DNA of 63,204 bases, counting the filler, from Rhabdomonas costata (lineage: Eukaryota): NCBI GenBank assembly GCA_019059605.1. It is 35 parts of 35 records of this genome, joined end to end, with 100 filler letters (N's around TTAATTAATTAA, not from the genome) between each part and the next. Parts side by side here need not be neighbours in the genome. Positions count along the whole stretch, not along the records: positions 1 to 1,709 come from JAHMHO010010276.1; positions 1,810 to 3,518 come from JAHMHO010010277.1; positions 3,619 to 5,327 come from JAHMHO010010278.1; positions 5,428 to 7,136 come from JAHMHO010010279.1; positions 7,237 to 8,945 come from JAHMHO010010280.1; positions 9,046 to 10,754 come from JAHMHO010010281.1; positions 10,855 to 12,563 come from JAHMHO010010282.1; 28 more parts are not named here. One strand, written 5' to 3'. The notes beneath the pieces were generated by a model. It worked only from the letters and a program-made list of their open reading frames with translations, was not told the origin of the DNA and did not search any database. How positions within the stretch are numbered: the first letter of the stretch is position 1; each line of letters opens with the position of its first letter. A program made the position numbers and the translations under genes. This document shows positions 1 through 10,931 of this stretch, in pieces.

Positions 1-868
1 GGGTGGGTGGTGAATTTAGGGGAAAGCACCTTGTCCTTATCCCCGCCCAAAGCAAACCCGAGGAGGTATGTGTCTTTGGGAGGGAGGGGCGCACATCATC
101 TGCTGCTATCGTGAAAGATGTTGAGAAGTTGAGGAGCATTCTTGTCTCCTTGTGTGCGGTAACCCTATATGGCGCCAATCGTTTCAAATGGTGAGCGTTT
201 CTGGTTGAAACATCTTCCCCAATGGACCGCACAATGCCATTACAGCATCCCAACACGCGCTCCCGCCGGAGCCGCTGTCTCCCGGGCTCGAGTGGGCTCG
301 CTCAGATCTCTTAATTGATTCCTTAAACGGAATCCCCCAAACCCAGCACACACGCATGAGGCTAGTGTCTGGGGTGTGGCACACACATTCACACACGAAG
401 GTCCTTGGTCCACTGTTCTCCGGGACTTTTTTTTGGAACAGGATCTTTGCACTCAACTTTGCGGCATTCGGCACCACCGGTTTGTTGGATTGGGGCAGTG
501 ATATTGGCGCAGAGATGAATGCAAAGAGGTACACCAGAGATCGGAGGGATGAGGGGCAAGGAGGAGGGAAAGGGTTTTTGGGGAACGGAACTCGAGGAGT
601 GAAATGAGAGCAATAAACAGTAGGGAGAGGTAGGCGAGGTGGTTGTGGGATACGTGTGAAAGAAGGGACGGCAAGGTGGCGGGCGTCTTTGAGAGGACAG
701 GGGGAGGTGTTGGGTAACTGATATTGTGAGGAGATGGGGTAACGGATATGAGTGCAAGTGTGGCCTTTGGTGCGTGCAATGGATGCGTCCAAAGTGGAAA
801 CAATGGGTGTGCTGGAGCACGGCTTGCTCTCAGGGATGGAGGGGACACAGTGTGGTGTGTGATTTGTA

Positions 869-1096
869 TCAGTGGTAGAGCTCGGGCAGGGGGTCCCCCA
901 GGACGAACGGGCGGCTGTCCGCACCGCTCTCCAGAGTTACCCGCATCGCGTTCGCCACAGCCGCCCCAAGCACATCCGTGGCTGTGTCCGAGCGCCCGAC
1001 ATACTTCGCTAGGGCGGCCAAGTCCTGGCTGGGGATGCCCACAGCAGCGGTGCCGGCTCCCCGGCGCCCCAGCACAGACCCCACCACACTCAGACC
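869..1096 (-). CDS. Terminal exon of a protein of unknown function (GLSVVGSVLGRRG...GDPLPELYH*)
   Basis: acag| acceptor at 1097, then 76 GC-rich codons ending in TGA. No recognised motif. Confidence 0.4.
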   Translation of the reverse strand, partial: GLSVVGSVLGRRGAGTAAVGIPSQDLAALAKYVGRSDTATDVLGAAVANAMRVTLESGADSRPFVLGDPLPELYH

Positions 1097-1709
1097 CTGT
1101 CGTGACAACAACCCCCGGAGCATTGTCTCACGAGCGGAGGTCAACTTGACTTTTTTTTTTGCAAGAAGAAGTTGGTTTTTCGAGAGGCACTTCGATGCCA
1201 CAAAACTTGCCTGTGAAAGATGTGAACGAGAGAGACAGTAACGCTTATGTGAGTACATGGGTACACAAACTGGTTGTGGATGTTTGCTATATGCGATTTC
1301 GGTAGATATGCAAGCGAGTGGAATCACTGTGGACGTCTACTTCTCTCGTCTTCTCTCGGCTTTCGGGCTTAGCGAACATGAAGGAATAAAAACTGACGGA
1401 CCAGAACCCCAACCACGAAAGACCGGAGGACCAGAGGGAAATTTCCAACCTCTTTGTGCTGTACACACATAGATTCGTGCCTCTCTGATGAAAGGTCTCC
1501 TCGCGGCTTCATAGGAATGATATCTCCCAAACACTGAAATTTCCAACGCGATTCAAGAACACGAGCAACCCACAACTCGAGATGTAAGCAGTCGCGTAAT
1601 CCAAGTCAAGCACTGGAACTCGCATTCCCACATTACGTAAACCTTAAATGCCAGACCACTGGGGACCGGTCGAGCTGAAATCCAGTCACACACGAAACAA
1701 AACGACTAC

Positions 1710-1809
1710 NNNNNNNNNNNNNNNNNNNNNNNNNNNNNNNNNNNNNNNNNNNNTTAATTAATTAANNNNNNNNNNNNNNNNNNNNNNNNNNNNNNNNNNN
1801 NNNNNNNNN
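1710..1809. other. Artificial contig-joining spacer (N44-TTAATTAATTAA-N44), repeated every ~1809-1810 nt through the window
   Basis: Identical 100-nt N spacer with an all-frame stop linker. The contigs between spacers are all ~1708-1710 nt, consistent with a length-sorted concatenation. Confidence 0.98.
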
Positions 1810-2233
1810 GGTTTGTGTTCCGCAATACGGCATGGTGCACGTCATGCGGAACTCCAGCCCTCCTCCTCCTCCTCAAAACTTCTGCGCGCCGGATTTTATG
1901 AGATTTTGCGGATTAGCGCCATTTTTCTGGGAAGCCATTGTAGCAGTGGTGTATTGAATGAAGCAGCAGATTGGAACTGTGTTCCTGGAAGCAGCAAAGC
2001 AGCTTTGGGGAGTTTTCGCGAGGCGAACGTGGGCTTTTGCGGGGCGTCACTCTCCTCCTTTGCCTTTAGACCGCCTCTCTTTGTGCTTCTGTCCCTTTTC
2101 TTGCCATCTGCCTCGCCTTTGGGACTGTGCCGTCTGTCTCCCCTTTCGCTTGAGCCACAGTCTCTCTCAGTAAGTGGTCCCTGGGAGAGACCGTTGGGGT
2201 GGCTGTGGCAAGGCTTTTCGCCGCTTCAGGCAA

Positions 2234-3431
2234 ATGCTGTCCACCACGATCACCAGGGTGGTGGATGGCCTCCCCTTGGCGGCCTCCACGGACGACGGGA
2301 GCGTGACCGCGGCTCAGAAAAGCCAAGGCACGCGCTGCGGAGCCAGAGCATCTTCTCACTTTTTGATGAGACCAGTTAAAGCAAAGTCAGGCACATCTTC
2401 TGTCCTGTTTGTCCTGTTTTTTGGGTTGGAGCAGTCTCTTTAAGACCGTCAGAAGGAAGCACCTCTTCTACCACCTTTCCGAAGGGAACTTTTTCCATGG
2501 TAATGCATCCCACGGGAGACCACTGGACATTGTTCATTAGTGTGTATTGGTTGTCCTTGAGCGTTGTTGCTCACGCCGGACATTTTTTTGTTTCCTTGTC
2601 CTTTCTTCTGTTGAGCTCTGGTGCTCCAAGTATCTCTGTAGTTGCTACTTCTCTCCTAGATGGAATCTGCTTCCACATTGCAGCGAATCGATCAGGTAAC
2701 TTGGGTGACACATACACATGCTTTGGCTTTGGCCTGCTGTATTGGTGCGTCACAGTGAAGTCCGTGTTGAAGGAGCTCTCCAACTCGACCAACCACCCTC
2801 GGCTGCATACGTTGGATGCGGGCCCCCATGTTTACCAGTCTGCGCTCATCCCACGTCCCGCCCCCGCTCTCCTGGCCACTTCATCTCCGCCTCCTACTTC
2901 TCTGCTTTGCTGTTTGACATGCACACAAGATTGTGGAGCATGTGCTTCGACTCTGCGATGCTGTGAGCTTTTTCAATGCCCCAAAACCGCGAAACACGCT
3001 GCAAGAGCAGGTTGGGTGGCAACAGAAACACGGGGGGGGGGGGTGATAAATTCTACTTGATTAAAGTTAGGTCATTAATTCGTGGAATACGCAATGCTTG
3101 GTCTTCTAGCGTCTATAATCCCCACGCGCGAATCAGATCTGATGATCTGGTGTCCGAACATCATCCTATCATGGTCACGCGGTCATATCACTTTGCTGTG
3201 GTAGGTGCCGTTATTCACCGTTTTCTATTCTTTCGTCTTGCCTTCCCTTTTGCTGCTATCCCCTTCTCAGCATCCTCACCCAGAATGGGGTGTTCTTCCT
3301 GACTCTATGCGAGAAGTCGTTCCCCACCAACCTGGCATACTCCTACCTGGAGGAGATTGTGAAGGAGTTTGACCAGCAGTATGGCCGCGAGGTGGAGCGC
3401 GTGGAGAGGCCGTATGCCTTCATCAAGTTTG
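2234..3431 (+). CDS. SEC22: R-SNARE Sec22 longin domain, 5' part. Exons 2234-2327, 2756-2837, 3271-3431
   Basis: Spliced peptide MLSTTITRVVDGLPLAAS...VKSVLKEL...DAGPHVYHILTQNGVFFLTLCEKSFPTNLAYSYLEEIVKEF...RPYAFIKF matches the Sec22 motifs RVxDGLPL and RPYxFIxF. Exon phases agree. The first intron is GC-AG. Confidence 0.93.
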
Positions 3432-4125
3432 GTATGACCGAGTTGCTTCTTTGCTCTCGCCCTCTTTCTTTCTTTACCCGTTCTTCAACTCTCAGCGTCC
3501 TCAGGTCCAACTCCTTCCNNNNNNNNNNNNNNNNNNNNNNNNNNNNNNNNNNNNNNNNNNNNTTAATTAATTAANNNNNNNNNNNNNNNNNNNNNNNNNN
3601 NNNNNNNNNNNNNNNNNNCTTTTGGTGGTTTGTTTTTCTCTGGTTGGCATAAAATCCGTGCGGCCCTTACGCCGCATCACTCACTGCTCCCTCGCACACT
3701 TGCAATGCGCATATTCCGTGAGCACAGCGCACCGTGCTGCATTCCTTCTCTTTCGGCTGAGTTGTTAACCTCAGGCAGTTTAGCCTGGTGTGTGTGCTCC
3801 GCGAAAAGTTTCCATTGCACATTCCCCTCGCTTCGATGCGAGTGCCGTCAGGATGCTGAGGATGGAGGGGGGCGTTCACTGGGAAGTAGAGAAGGAGGGT
3901 TGTGGATGGATACGTGGAGGCCTATGCCCTCTGATATATATGCCGATGCCGATGCCGGATGACGTTTTTCTTTTCCTTTCCGTGCACCTTCGCACTACCG
4001 TACTCGTATCAAGGACGAAAAGCACGTCTTCACGCAGGTTGTGAATTCTCTCTCTGCGCGGGAGTTTCCAATCCCTTCACGCCCCACAACCCAAGCCAAT
4101 CCCATTGCACTGTTCGCGGCCGCAG

Positions 4126-4710
4126 AGGGGCGCAGGCCGACGTGGAGGTGTGCGTCGAAGCCCTCAACACCCTGCTGCGCAACGCCGCGGACAACCGGGC
4201 CAGTGCCACAATGACCTTCGACCCCGCACTGAACTCTGAGCTGATCGGCCCTGGGGGCAGCCACATTTCCGCAGTGCAGCAGCGCAGCGGGGCCCGCGTC
4301 AAAGTCACACAAGACAGTGCGTGCCCATCCACCCAATTGTGTCTGCCTATGGGCGTCTTCATCGGCGAGGAATATGTGATGAAGTACGATCATGCGATGA
4401 CGTGGGCGGTTATGCCTCTGAATTGCAGACAATGGGCAGGACTTCACTCATTGTTGCCCAGTAGAGCGTGCCTCTCGTTGGGAAGACGATCACACACAGA
4501 CACACACCGCATAGTCCTCCACCGCTGTGGTGTGTGTACCCGCAGAGGTCACCATCACGGGCTCCAAGGAGGCTGTGGCGCAGGCCCAGGCTATCCTGCA
4601 GGACTTCTTTGACAGCCGCTTCCACGTTACCATGCCATGCGACCCCGCGCTGGTTGAGCATCTTGTGGGCCGCGGTGGCAAGCGCGTGCGGGCGGTGCAG
4701 CAGCAGACTG
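4126..4710 (+). CDS. Multi-KH-domain RNA-binding protein, internal exons 4126-4316 and 4546-4710
   Basis: Two KH GxxG motifs (LIGPGGSHISAVQQRSGARV; LVGRGGKRVRAVQQQTG) and VTITGSKEAV. The GT-AG intron is in phase. Confidence 0.85.
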
Positions 4711-5756
4711 GTGCCCAGCATCTCACCCCCGCTCGCGCGTGCACACACACACACACACACAGCCGCACAGGCACAGAGATAGCTCCTCGCGCAAAGACAC
4801 ACGTCATCGGGCAATGTTCTTCTTGGCGCCTGTTTGCGGTGTCGGCGAATATATTATTTCGCCTTCACAGCTGGTAGCCCAACACAATCGGGATGTTCCC
4901 ATAAGAGTACTTCTGCCGAGAAGGGTTCCGAAAAGAAGAGGGGAACAGCCAGTTCTGGGTGAAAGATTCGACCTCTACCTAACCTGGTTGGGTGGCTCGG
5001 CTCGAAGGCCAAAGCGAGCTTACACCAGGATCTAAAAAGGCCCGAAGGCCCGGCGAATAGCGCTATGGACGTCACCACAGTTGGGGCTGCTGGTAGTCAG
5101 AAAACGGTGAACTGAGGATTTCAGGCTGAAGAAGAAGTGAAGTGAGACCACTGAACCGTATGGCAGGCTGGTCGAGCGCAGAGGGTTGGAGCCCCCTGGA
5201 ACTGCGGCATAATGCCCCGGTTGAAGTTTCCCAAGACCTCTGCCCAGCAGCAGAGGGGCGATCTGCACCAAAAGAAGCGGCCGGGCAGCGGGGGACCTTA
5301 GGAAAGCCTCTGGAGGCACCCCCCCACNNNNNNNNNNNNNNNNNNNNNNNNNNNNNNNNNNNNNNNNNNNNTTAATTAATTAANNNNNNNNNNNNNNNNN
5401 NNNNNNNNNNNNNNNNNNNNNNNNNNNTCTATTTCGGTGATAAACCCACTTCGAGTGCCATTTTTATCTACCGAGAAACTGCGTGAATGGATTCCGGGGC
5501 ACGTCAGCACGAATGTCACTGCTGGCCACTTAAGTAGCGCGGAAATGCTGGGAATGGCATTACCCTTAATTCGAACAAATGACCTCGAAGGGGAGCAGTG
5601 CTTGGAACAGGTCTGCCTGCCCACTTGTGTGTTTTTCAATTCTCCAAGGTGTCAGGACATTCTTTCCATCCACGGACTTTGACACTGTGCATTTGATATT
5701 TGTCCGTGCATTCCCCTTCACAGGCCGTTTTGCGTTGTTTTTTGGGAAGCGAAAGG

Positions 5757-6596
5757 ATGGACCAAATTATCTTGAAGCAGATGCTCTGCCAGGTGGTCAT
5801 CGGAATTAAGGTACGGTAACTCCTTTTTCAGCTGTTAGTCCCTCTGAAAAACTGTGCCCCCTTGTTTCTGTAGAAATGTATGCCAGTTTTGTACACCGCT
5901 CCATGCTGTTCGCGATCGACCGTTCATTGATGGTCCAGTGCGTCCGATGGGGGGCTCCTTCGTTTGGCACCCCCACCCCCACACTCGTTCCACAGCTCGC
6001 ACACTTTCAGATTGTTAGGTAGCAAATGAAAAGTCACCAGAAAACGCTAACAAAACGAAACGTCCGCATGCGAGGCACGGTACTGTAGGACTTCTCTCCA
6101 TGGGTTGCCAACCTGTGCTGACAAACTGGGTGGAGGTCCCGTCTACCTGTCATAACGTACCCACCATCAAGCTTCCATGGGCAACACAGGGCATGCCTCC
6201 TATGTGGTGTTTCCCACCCAGTTTCGCGACAGTGTTCCAGTTGGGTGTGTTCCACGAGTTGCGAGGCAGTTGAACACGCTGATCATAACATAACACGAAA
6301 ACATCCTTCTGGTCAACTACGCGAAAGGATGTCAATCCGCCGGCACAAATCTGTGTGTGTGTGGGGGGGGGTAGGACCCCGAGCGCAAGCACAAACAGAA
6401 CCTGTGGGTAGACGTCACGATGTCCACGGACCTCCGGCCCTGTGCCGAGGGCGATACCATTGCGCTGACCGTGAACTACGCCGTGGCGGCCCGCGTGGTG
6501 CAGGTCTACGCTGAGCGGACCTCTCACTTTACCCTGGAGAGCTTCGCCAGCGGAGTCTGTCAGGCCCTCTTCGCGGCCTTCCCCCGCCTGGCGCAG
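5757..6596 (+). CDS. folB: Dihydroneopterin aldolase (FolB), 5' part. Exons 5757-5810 and 6375-6596
   Basis: MDQIILKQMLCQVVIGIK|DPERKHKQNLWVDVTMSTDL...DTIALTVNY...FTLESFA matches the FolB IG-xx-ER-xxxQ, D-xxxx-TVNY and LLE motifs. GT-AG intron. Confidence 0.85.
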
Positions 6597-7662
6597 GTGG
6601 TGGAAGTCCTTGTGATGTGACTGTGCGGACGATGGCTACGAATGGCTTAGCTGCTTCCGTTGTGCCGCGATGCTGCAAAATCTAAGATGGTTTCATGTGT
6701 CTACAATTCATACAAGGCATGTCTTTACCTTCCTTGCAGTGACTTTCGCGCGTGCAAGTGGGCAAGACTACCGTGCGGAGACAAAAAAACACAACCACCT
6801 CTGCAGGCAATTTGCAAAAAACACTTGCAAAGGAAAAACATCTGCTTCGGGGTTGTGAATGGCGTTTAGCAAAAGAATAGAAAAAAGGAGATAAGAGACT
6901 ACTGCATGAAGAAAATATAATCCCACTGACGGCACCCCAGACACACACAAACAGAACTGCTTAAGTGATTGTTTCCCACTGATATGTGGCATCTGCTCTT
7001 GTCCGCAATGTTCCATAAGAGCAGACTCAGTGTCTCACCTGTCACTTTCTCCATTCCTCTATTCTCGCCCTCTCCGTTGTTCCTTCCCTCGCGGGTTTCG
7101 TAACTGCATGTGCAAATGTTTGCCATCCAACACAACNNNNNNNNNNNNNNNNNNNNNNNNNNNNNNNNNNNNNNNNNNNNTTAATTAATTAANNNNNNNN
7201 NNNNNNNNNNNNNNNNNNNNNNNNNNNNNNNNNNNNTTTTGTTGTTGACAAAAGGATATAAGGTGACTTATAAACTCAGTTTAGTGTGTCGCGATTGCTG
7301 TGGAGGTTGGGGGGGGGTAACATTTACCACCCCAGCATGAGAGTGAGCTGCTAAGCAAAAACACTAATCTAAAGACCACCGGCAAAGCATGTCCAACCAA
7401 CCCTATATTAAATCAAAGTCATTTCAAGGGTTCTGACACGTTTTAAAAGATTGGCGTTTTTCCATTCGCTCTGGCCTGGCCAGGGCAGAAAAGCGTGAGT
7501 TTACGGAGTCACCACCTACCTTGTAATAAATACTTATAATGCATAGGATCAAAGGCTTTGCAAGGAATCTCAGTGGCCAACGCCTCGCCTAGCCTCTGCT
7601 CTTTGGCCTCGAAACTGCAACGCAGTCACGCGCAAGGAGGCGGGATGCATGTGGAGGCATAC

Positions 7663-8218
7663 CCAGGTGCCCGATGCTTCCCTGGAGGTAGGCCTCCCGT
7701 TGGCGGTGGTGGGCCTCAACGGCGACACACATCCCTTCCAGCTGTAGAATCGAGAATGGGGGAAGGGGTGGTTGGGGTGCAGGGTAGTGCAGAGCAGTCC
7801 AACGCGTGTCGAGGATGTATGAAGGATGGGGTTTATGGACTGCGCGTTATTAGGGATACTCGCATGTCGCGGCGTGAGCCGACCACATAAGCAAAACGTC
7901 CCCTTCATGATAAAGGAGGTAAGTGAGCAAAATGTTGCTGAAACGGCGAGAGACGAAGTAGTGTGCTGGCCACGTTGCGGTTTCCGTGGTAGTCCTTGTG
8001 GATGATATGGAGGTGCGACTTAACCCCCCCCCCCGCTCCCGCACCAAAAAGTGCACCAGTCCGGTGGGAGAGTGGGAGGTAACAGAATTTCGTCAGGGGA
8101 AAGAAAACGGTAGGCCAGCAGGGGCATACCCCCTCGGCCAGGGGAGTCACCCGACCATCGTCAGCGACGTTCAGGTAGGGCTTCACCTGCACGCACGCCG
8201 CAAGGGCGTCTTGCACCT
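7663..8218 (-). CDS. Multi-exon protein of unknown function. Exons 8218-8130, 8018-7974, 7741-7663
   Basis: Three GC-rich segments with AG/GT boundaries join in phase (EVQDALAACVQVKPYLN...SHLHIIHKDYHGNRN...LEGMCVAVEAHH). No motif recognised. Confidence 0.45.
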
Positions 8219-9930
8219 CTGCAGGCAATAAAAGGGCAACGAAACATAGAGAAACTTCCGCGGAAATCCACTTGCACCCAAGTCGGACTCCGGAAAGTCA
8301 GCGCCGAAAAATGCCCCCCGTTGCAGCACAACACAAAAAGAAGGTGAAATAGCGAATTGAAGCAGACCAAGAGGACCTAAACAAAAAGTAACAGGTAAAA
8401 ACCATTCATTTACATCAAGAACGAAAAGAACTGCGATTGTACAAAAATGGTCGTGCACAGAGTGACGGGTGAAATACTTTGGCACAGCCTTGTGAGAAAC
8501 TTGTTGGCGTGCATCGCCGATTGGCGATCCATCTCTGCGTCCTGAAGCAACCAGGCACCCCCCCCTCCCCGAGACAACAGAGCCTCGCGCCTACACAAAA
8601 AAAAAAGAAACCGAAAAGTGAGCGAAAAGTCTTGGCCTCGTAAATACACCGTGGGATGGCGCAAAATCGAACCTGACGTGCACTTGCATCACACTTGCTC
8701 TCCAAAGGCGGAGCACGGCATGGTCAACAACAAAACAAAAAGTGTTCTCCCAAATTCACCCTGGATCGGAACCGCAAAACGATTGAAACCAACGCATGCA
8801 GTCACCCACCTACAAAGCAGTTAATCAAAGCACCTACCTACAAACCCGTTTCTCAAATCGTCAGGCCGATTCAAGCCTCTGTTTTCAGCACACCACACGT
8901 GTCCGAACATCCGAAAATGAAGAAGCTTCAAGGCTCGGCGGCTGTNNNNNNNNNNNNNNNNNNNNNNNNNNNNNNNNNNNNNNNNNNNNTTAATTAATTA
9001 ANNNNNNNNNNNNNNNNNNNNNNNNNNNNNNNNNNNNNNNNNNNNTGTGTTGGGGGGCGCAGGAATGAAGGACGGAGGATAAGGAAGAAGCGAAGCCCTG
9101 GTGACAGGGCCTGCGCGAAGTACCACGAACTGACGCAGAACGCACCGATGTCCAAGAGAAAGGCTCTTTAAAGGCGCTGCGAGGAAGGAAAGGCAACGCT
9201 TTGGGTCTGAATTTCAGCGTTAAGAATACATCAAAGCAGATGCTGTGTGGGAGCGTTTTGCCTGATGCGGAGAGGCGGCATCGTCCGATGTCCAAGAGGT
9301 GGCAAATGACAGGCGCCGCTCGAAATCACCAATCATGACTGAACCCAGCCCATAAGTATGAAATTGACTCAGTGGTAGCATGAAACTGGTGTGAGCCACA
9401 ACAGCGCCATAATACCGCTTGCGAAGCTGTTCTTTTGTTCATTTCACGTCTTGCTGTAACATGTGGACTTGCTACGCTGAGGCAGACGTTTTTGCCGGAC
9501 ACACTTGCAGGGGTCCACCACAACATCACCCACCTCACCAGCAGTATACCATTAACCACCTTGAGCCGCAAAAAACCGAAATGCCGACTTATTCCCCCCA
9601 GCAGCGCACAAACAGGGGAAAGGAATTGCCACGCTGCATTTGCAGACCCCTCGGATGTGGAGAACAGGAACCTTCAAGGCCTCCACTATTCTCCTCCACT
9701 ATTCCATCCCACCACCACTTAGCTCCAGAAAAAGGAGAGGGCTTGGATGCCGTCCTCCCCAGGTGAATTTCCGGAGGGGGGAAGGGGGTGCGGAACCGAA
9801 GCAGGGTTCAAAAAGCTTGCAACCGCGCAGAGCAGCGTGTGAGTGAGTAAGTGTGAGTGCAACAGAAAATGGGATTTTCCCACAGGCTTCCCCAAGCGTG
9901 GAAAGCATCTTCCAGCTTTTCCGGCCAAGG

Positions 9931-10754
9931 CTAAGGCTGCGGGATGCCGGTGTCCGTCCCCCCATTTCTGAGTAGCCGACCCTTGCCAAAGACATATTGC
10001 ACTTCCCAACCCGAGTTCAGGATGGTCAGGTCCGCTGGTGCGCCACGATGCAGTCTCCCCGTGCATCCCTGCAGCCGCAGGTAGTGCGCCGGGGTGCTGG
10101 TGCACAAGGGCAGGGCCTCTTCAAGGCCCCACCGGAAGTCCTGTGTAATATACGGAAAGGGGAGAAATGCAACGCGGGGACGAGACAACCTCCAACTCTG
10201 CATCATTGCTCGGGGGCCCCATGTCACAAAAGAAGAGAGGGACCGATCCGGGATTTTTTCACTTTGCGACTTGTCCAGTAATCCGGAGGCACCCAAAAGG
10301 TGCCAGGAGTCAGGAGTCAGGAGCTGCACAACAGCTGTGCTCAAGAAACACACAGGGCAGAGAAAGAAACGGAGAAATTGGAGGGGATGCTGCGGGGTAC
10401 AGAAGAAATGGATAAAAGCCATGCTGTGGACAGCAGCCATTAAGAAAACTTCATCGCTTCGCACCCAAACGTTTGTACTTCCCAGCACCCACACCCACAA
10501 CATACACGGACACGCACACACGCACACCTACCGTAATTCACGAGATCCACGTAGAGACGAATTGGAGGGAAAGGGAGGGAAGAGACCTCCACAAGTACGC
10601 GCAGGGTGGCGAGGAGGCTGGTGGGCTTCCCCACGTCGTAGCCAACGGGCCTACCGCTACTGTCGAAGACGGGGAGGCTCCCAAAGGCGTCGCTAGAGAG
10701 CGTGACGCGGCTCAAGTCCGCCCCCGCCTGCCGCAGCCGGTGAAGAGCACCAGC
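9931..10754 (-). CDS. iadA: Isoaspartyl dipeptidase (metallo-amidohydrolase), 3' part. Exons 10754-10587 and 10140-9931
   Basis: ALHRLRQAGADLSRVTLSSDAFGSLPVFDSSG...LLATLRVLVE|DFRWGLEEALPLCTSTPA..LRL...GRLHRGAPADL...VFGKG is collinear with the bacterial IadA C-terminus (RVTLSSDGNGSxPxFD...). GT-AG intron 10586-10141. Confidence 0.85.
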
Positions 10755-10931
10755 NNNNNNNNNNNNNNNNNNNNNNNNNNNNNNNNNNNNNNNNNNNNTT
10801 AATTAATTAANNNNNNNNNNNNNNNNNNNNNNNNNNNNNNNNNNNNNNNNNNNNGGGGGTGTGTGTTACCTTAGATGGGACGCTTGCTCTGAGTTTGGTT
10901 TCCTTTTTTTTTCAAGGATTTCGAGAAAGGG

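Noticed and set aside
184-924. 246-aa minus-strand ORF and many similar ORF-track entries
   Set aside because: These are low-complexity shadow ORFs of 3' UTR or intron sequence with no motifs.
1754-1765. Regularly spaced TTAATTAATTAA as a CRISPR-like or biological repeat
   Set aside because: It is embedded in N runs at a fixed period and is an artificial contig linker.
4109-4125. CTG at -8 pattern before the KH exon
   Set aside because: A conventional CAG acceptor 7 nt downstream fits KH homology.
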